From Candidatus Cloacimonadota bacterium (GTDB lineage: Bacteria; Cloacimonadota; Cloacimonadia; Cloacimonadales; WRIO01): a DNA stretch of 30,864 bases. Each line of letters starts with the position of its first letter. Positions within the stretch are counted from its first letter, which is position 1. This document shows, in pieces, positions 27,130 to 30,864 of the stretch. The stretch spans positions 1-30,864 of the forward strand of contig JAKQQL010000329.1 in the NCBI GenBank assembly GCA_029564175.1. The letters run 5' to 3'. The notes beneath the pieces were generated by a model, which was given only the letters and a program-made list of their open reading frames with translations, ran no database searches and was not told the origin of the DNA. Made by a program: the position numbers and the translations under genes.

Positions 27130-28180
27130 GAAAAAGATAAAAGCAATAATACTCCGTAACGAGCTTGAAGATGATCACATTCTTTGGATAAAGGCTTGTG
27201 AAGACTATCATGATCAGGTTGAATACAGAGTAGTCAATCTGACCTCAAACAACTGGCTGGAAGAAATACATAAAGATCCTTTTGATTTCCTGCTTGCAAA
27301 ACCTGGAGGACTTACAGCTCATTTTAAGCAGCTTTATGATGAGAGGATCTATATTCTGGAAGTTGTTTTAGCTTATAAAATATTCCCTTCACCGCAAGAG
27401 ATATTCATCTACGAAAATAAAAGATTCCTTGCATCCTGGCTGAAGGCAAACAATATACCTCATCCGAAAACAGATGTGTTTTATAGTTATGGAGATGCCT
27501 TGGAATACATTCGTTCAGCAGCATTTCCATTTGTTGCCAAGACAAACATTGGTGCATCAGGCAGCGGAGTGATAATAATCAAATCCATCACAGAGGCAAA
27601 AGACTATATTGACGAAATTTTCAAGGGGAAAGGAGCTCCCCAACGAACAGGTCCAAATAGGGAGAAAGGAGATTTTTTAAAAAGAGGAGTCCATTATATC
27701 ATTCATCCATCCGATATAGCAAAAAAAATCAATATCTATAAAACAAAAGCTGGGAACCGGCAGAAAAACTTTGTGATTTTTCAGGAGTTTATTCCTCATG
27801 ATTTTGAATGGAGAGTTGTAAGAATAGGGGAGAGTTTTTTCGCGCATAAAAAAATAAAAAAAGGAGAGAAGAGTAGTGGTTCTCTGCTGAAGAATTATGA
27901 TAATGCTCCATTAGATCTGTTCGATTTTGTTAAGGAAATAACAGATAAACGTGAATTTTACAGTCAGGCAATTGACATTTTTGAATCAGAACGAGGGTAT
28001 CTTGTCAACGAAATGCAATGTATATTTGGCCAGAGCGATCCTTACCAGATGCTTGTTGACGGGATTCAGGGGAGATATCGGTTTCTTAATGATAAATGGG
28101 TTTTTGAAGAAGGAGAATTTGCATATAATGCCTGTTATAATTTAAGATTGGAGTTTGTTTTAAATAGTTTTAACCGCTAA
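27128..28180 (+). CDS. ATP-grasp fold protein (RimK-like ligase)
   Basis: YENK, IPHPKT, FPFVAKTNIGASGSGV, FQEFIP..EWRV, YLVNE; GTG start overlaps the end of the repeat arm. Confidence 0.75.
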   Translation: MKKIKAIILRNELEDDHILWIKACEDYHDQVEYRVVNLTSNNWLEEIHKDPFDFLLAKPGGLTAHFKQLYDERIYILEVVLAYKIFPSPQEIFIYENKRFLASWLKANNIPHPKTDVFYSYGDALEYIRSAAFPFVAKTNIGASGSGVIIIKSITEAKDYIDEIFKGKGAPQRTGPNREKGDFLKRGVHYIIHPSDIAKKINIYKTKAGNRQKNFVIFQEFIPHDFEWRVVRIGESFFAHKKIKKGEKSSGSLLKNYDNAPLDLFDFVKEITDKREFYSQAIDIFESERGYLVNEMQCIFGQSDPYQMLVDGIQGRYRFLNDKWVFEEGEFAYNACYNLRLEFVLNSFNR

Positions 28181-28244
28181 GGCACAAAGACGCAAGATTG
28201 CTAAGAATGAATTAACAGGCTTTACGTTTTTGCGTCTCGGCGGT
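28173..28244. repeat. Second ORF-less copy of the 8-nt-unit inverted-repeat element
   Basis: accgctaaggcacaaagacgcaagattgctaag ... ctttacgtttttgcgtctcggcggt; contains the stop codon (28178-28180) of the upstream ATP-grasp gene. Confidence 0.8.
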
Positions 28245-28253
28245 AAAGAAAGA

Positions 28254-29177
28254 ATGAAAGTACTTTTTATTTCAAGTGGAAGAGTAGGACGACCGGGAGA
28301 TGTTGTAAAGAATCAGGGCGACTCTCTTATAAAAGCAGGTATCGATATAGAATATTTTCTCATTAAACCCGGATTTTGGGGTTATTTGAATGCGATCAGA
28401 AAGCTGCGAAATACATTTAAAAACGGACAATATGATCTTGCTCATGCTCATTACAGTCTCTGCGGATTTGTCGCCGGGCTGGCTGGGTGTAAGCCACTGG
28501 TGGTTTCTCTTATGGGTTCTGACGTTTATATATCAGGACTTTTTAGGGCGCTTACCAGAATATTTATCAAATACAAATGGACTGAGACAATTGTAAAAAC
28601 CGGTAAAATGAAGGAGCTTATCGGGATCAATAGAGTTCAGGTAATTCCGAATGGAGTTGATATTGAAAGGTTCAGACCTATACCCAAAGAAATCGCCAGG
28701 GAACACATCGGATATAAAGAAAATAAAAAGCTTATTGTATTTATTGCGGTTAAAAACAGGGAGGAAAAGAATTTAAACTTAGCTATGGACGCAATAAAAC
28801 ATCTTGATGATAATACTATTGATTTCAAGCATATTCATGATGTTCCTAATCGGGAGATCCCATATTATCTTAATGCTGCTGATGTACTGTTATTGACTTC
28901 CAGAAGGGAAGGAAGTGTAAATGTTATTAAAGAAGCAATGGCTTGTAATTGTCCGGTTGTTTCAACTGATGTTGGAGATGTAAGTTGGGTTTTAGGTGAT
29001 ACTGAGGGGTGTTATATTACTTCGTTTGAACCTGAAGACATAGCCGATAAAATTAAAGTTGTTTTAGATATTGGGAAACGGACAAATGGGAAGAACAGGA
29101 TTTTCAATCTGGGACTTGCTTCAGAAAACATCGCTAACAGGTTAATTCGCGTATATAAAAAAGTTTTAAAAGGGTAA
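28254..29177 (+). CDS. Glycosyltransferase family 4
   Basis: Start ATG 28254 (MKVLFISS); HAHY, GSD, VIPNGVD, EGSVNVIKEAMACNCPVVSTDVGDV. Confidence 0.9.
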   Translation: MKVLFISSGRVGRPGDVVKNQGDSLIKAGIDIEYFLIKPGFWGYLNAIRKLRNTFKNGQYDLAHAHYSLCGFVAGLAGCKPLVVSLMGSDVYISGLFRALTRIFIKYKWTETIVKTGKMKELIGINRVQVIPNGVDIERFRPIPKEIAREHIGYKENKKLIVFIAVKNREEKNLNLAMDAIKHLDDNTIDFKHIHDVPNREIPYYLNAADVLLLTSRREGSVNVIKEAMACNCPVVSTDVGDVSWVLGDTEGCYITSFEPEDIADKIKVVLDIGKRTNGKNRIFNLGLASENIANRLIRVYKKVLKG

Positions 29178-29187
29178 AGGTTATTAA

Positions 29188-30345
29188 ATGGTAGAATCTG
29201 TATTTATCCTTGGCAATCATATTCAGGCACTTGGGCTTGCGCGTCAAGTACATAAATTAGGTCTTGAAGTCATGCTGTTTACCGACACCAGATATTCCAT
29301 AACCAGATTTTCCAATGCGGTTAAACAAACCATTATTTTTAAGGCTGAAAATGATTTATTGGACAAAATAATTAATCTAAACAAGAATCCCAAAAACATC
29401 CTGCTTTTTCCTACCAATGATCGTATGGTCGAATTCCTTACTCATAATTATGGTTTGCTCTCTAAGGGGTTTTATATGGGAATCTCTGAGCCAGAGGTTA
29501 TTAATATTTTTGCAGATAAATGCAACGCTTATCGCTTTGCTGCGAAACACAATATTCCGATTCCTGAAAGTTACTTCCCAGATTCAATGAAAGAGGTTAA
29601 AGAAATTGCTGAAAAGATTAAATATCCAGTAATAATTAAACCTGCCATAATGTACACTTTTCATAAGATATTTGGTAAAAAGGCCATAAAATGTGATAAC
29701 CTTAAAGAATTGATTTCTACGATTGCTTTAGTTACAGAAAAAATTCCTCTAAATCAGTTAATTATACAGGAATTTCTTGATGGAGGAGCAAAAACGCTCT
29801 TTTCTTATGGGACATTTGCTGTTCATGGTAATTCTGTTGCTTCAGTAATGGTAAACCGCACTCGTCAGAATCCAATGACATTTGGTAATTCCACTACCTA
29901 TGCTGTAACCTGTAATATTCCGGAGATTAAAGAATATGCTGAAAAGATGCTGGAATTAACTTGTTACTTTGGTTTTGCAGAAATAGAGTTTATGTATGAT
30001 AAAAAAAATGAAAAATATAAATTCCTTGAAATCAATACACGTGCCTGGAAGTGGCATTCCATCTCCAACGGATTAGGATTCAGTTTTATTGAAAAAATGA
30101 TCTCGTATTTCAATTACAATGATACTACTGTAATCAGGAAATATGATGAGGTATATGGTTGGATTGAGAGATTAACTGATGCTGCAGTTGTATTTAAAGA
30201 ACTTCTGCATGGTAACAATCTTATTAAAGAAGTATTTGAGTCATACAAAACCCCGAGGGTATATGCTGTATGGTCCAAAAGAGATATTATTCCTTTCATT
30301 ATGTACATATTACTTTCTCCTGTTTTATATTTCAAGCGACACTAA
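29188..30345 (+). CDS. ATP-grasp carboxylate-amine ligase (D-aspartate-ligase-like)
   Basis: LGLAR, LFPTND, DK..Y, IPIPES, YPVIIKP, IIQEFL.GG, GFAEIEF, FLEINTR.W.W. Confidence 0.8.
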   Translation: MVESVFILGNHIQALGLARQVHKLGLEVMLFTDTRYSITRFSNAVKQTIIFKAENDLLDKIINLNKNPKNILLFPTNDRMVEFLTHNYGLLSKGFYMGISEPEVINIFADKCNAYRFAAKHNIPIPESYFPDSMKEVKEIAEKIKYPVIIKPAIMYTFHKIFGKKAIKCDNLKELISTIALVTEKIPLNQLIIQEFLDGGAKTLFSYGTFAVHGNSVASVMVNRTRQNPMTFGNSTTYAVTCNIPEIKEYAEKMLELTCYFGFAEIEFMYDKKNEKYKFLEINTRAWKWHSISNGLGFSFIEKMISYFNYNDTTVIRKYDEVYGWIERLTDAAVVFKELLHGNNLIKEVFESYKTPRVYAVWSKRDIIPFIMYILLSPVLYFKRH

Positions 30346-30432
30346 AAGTCTCTAAAGAAGCTCTTTTTTTGGATAAAATCTTAATTCTATTAATATAGCC
30401 TTTAATAATAGATTTTGTAGAATTTATTTTTT

Positions 30433-30864
30433 ATGAATCTAACAATGCCAGTTTTTATGCTCCTTTTTTTTGTGATACTTCTGATAAGTACCGCTATGTA
30501 TCTTTATCTGAGCTGGAAAACACGAATGAATAAAAAATTTCTCTATATTGATAATTTGATTGTAATAATAGTATCATTTCTTCTTTCTTTGATAGCATTC
30601 TCATGCTTGTCCTCTTCAATTCCCAAGATAGAACGTTTTTTCTTATCGCTTTTCTTCGGGGGATTAGCTGTTATTACCTTCGGCTATTTATTGACAATGT
30701 TACGATTTTGGCGAACACCGAAAAGAAAAATAACAGCTAAAGCAAATGAAATAGTCAGTCCTGCAGATGGGAATGTAATATATATCAAACGAATTGATGC
30801 CAACGAAATTCCCATCTCAATAAAAAATGGACAATTGAATGAATTGCGAGAACTAACAAAGACT
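30433..30864 (+). CDS. Phosphatidylserine decarboxylase family protein (5' part; runs off the right edge)
   Basis: Not in the ORF track. Manual translation gives MNLTMPVFMLLFF..., three hydrophobic segments, then RFWRTPKRKITAKANEIVSPADGNVIYI, matching the PSD FFRxPxR...VSPADGxV motif; the frame stays open to the end. Confidence 0.75.
   Translation, partial: MNLTMPVFMLLFFVILLISTAMYLYLSWKTRMNKKFLYIDNLIVIIVSFLLSLIAFSCLSSSIPKIERFFLSLFFGGLAVITFGYLLTMLRFWRTPKRKITAKANEIVSPADGNVIYIKRIDANEIPISIKNGQLNELRELTKT

Noticed and set aside
24886..28244. Repeats as a CRISPR array or classical IS ends
   Set aside because: No regular repeat-spacer array, no cas genes, no DDE/HUH transposase and no clear target-site duplication.
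30346..30370. Terminator after the last ATP-grasp gene
   Set aside because: A T tract is present, but the stem is too short and AT-rich to support the call.

Overview
Bacteroidota (probably Bacteroidales) DNA, judged from a type IX secretion (T9SS) C-terminal sorting domain and TTTG-N19-21-TAnnTTTG promoters. The left 4.6 kb (minus strand) holds two large secreted proteins with a separately transcribed 71-aa peptide gene between them. From about 4.8 kb to the end is a plus-strand Wzx/Wzy-type surface polysaccharide locus. It encodes wza, wzc, wzx, wzy, rfbF/rfbG, an RmlC-like epimerase, two DegT aminotransferases, GNATs, WbqC, four glycosyltransferases, a deacetylase, three ATP-grasp enzymes, an asparagine-synthetase-like enzyme and a phosphatidylserine-decarboxylase-like gene cut by the window edge. 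Two decayed genes (ArsR-like wHTH, GT11) are also present. The most unusual signal is a GxxExxY PD-(D/E)XK-type gene bracketed by inverted arms built of 8-nt tandem units (N-CGC-N-AAG). Two ORF-less copies of the same inverted repeat and one analogous 9-nt-unit element sit at other gene junctions, and three of the four elements supply the upstream gene's stop codon. This looks like an autonomous/non-autonomous intervening or mobile element family. All calls come from reading motifs by eye; no database searches were run.
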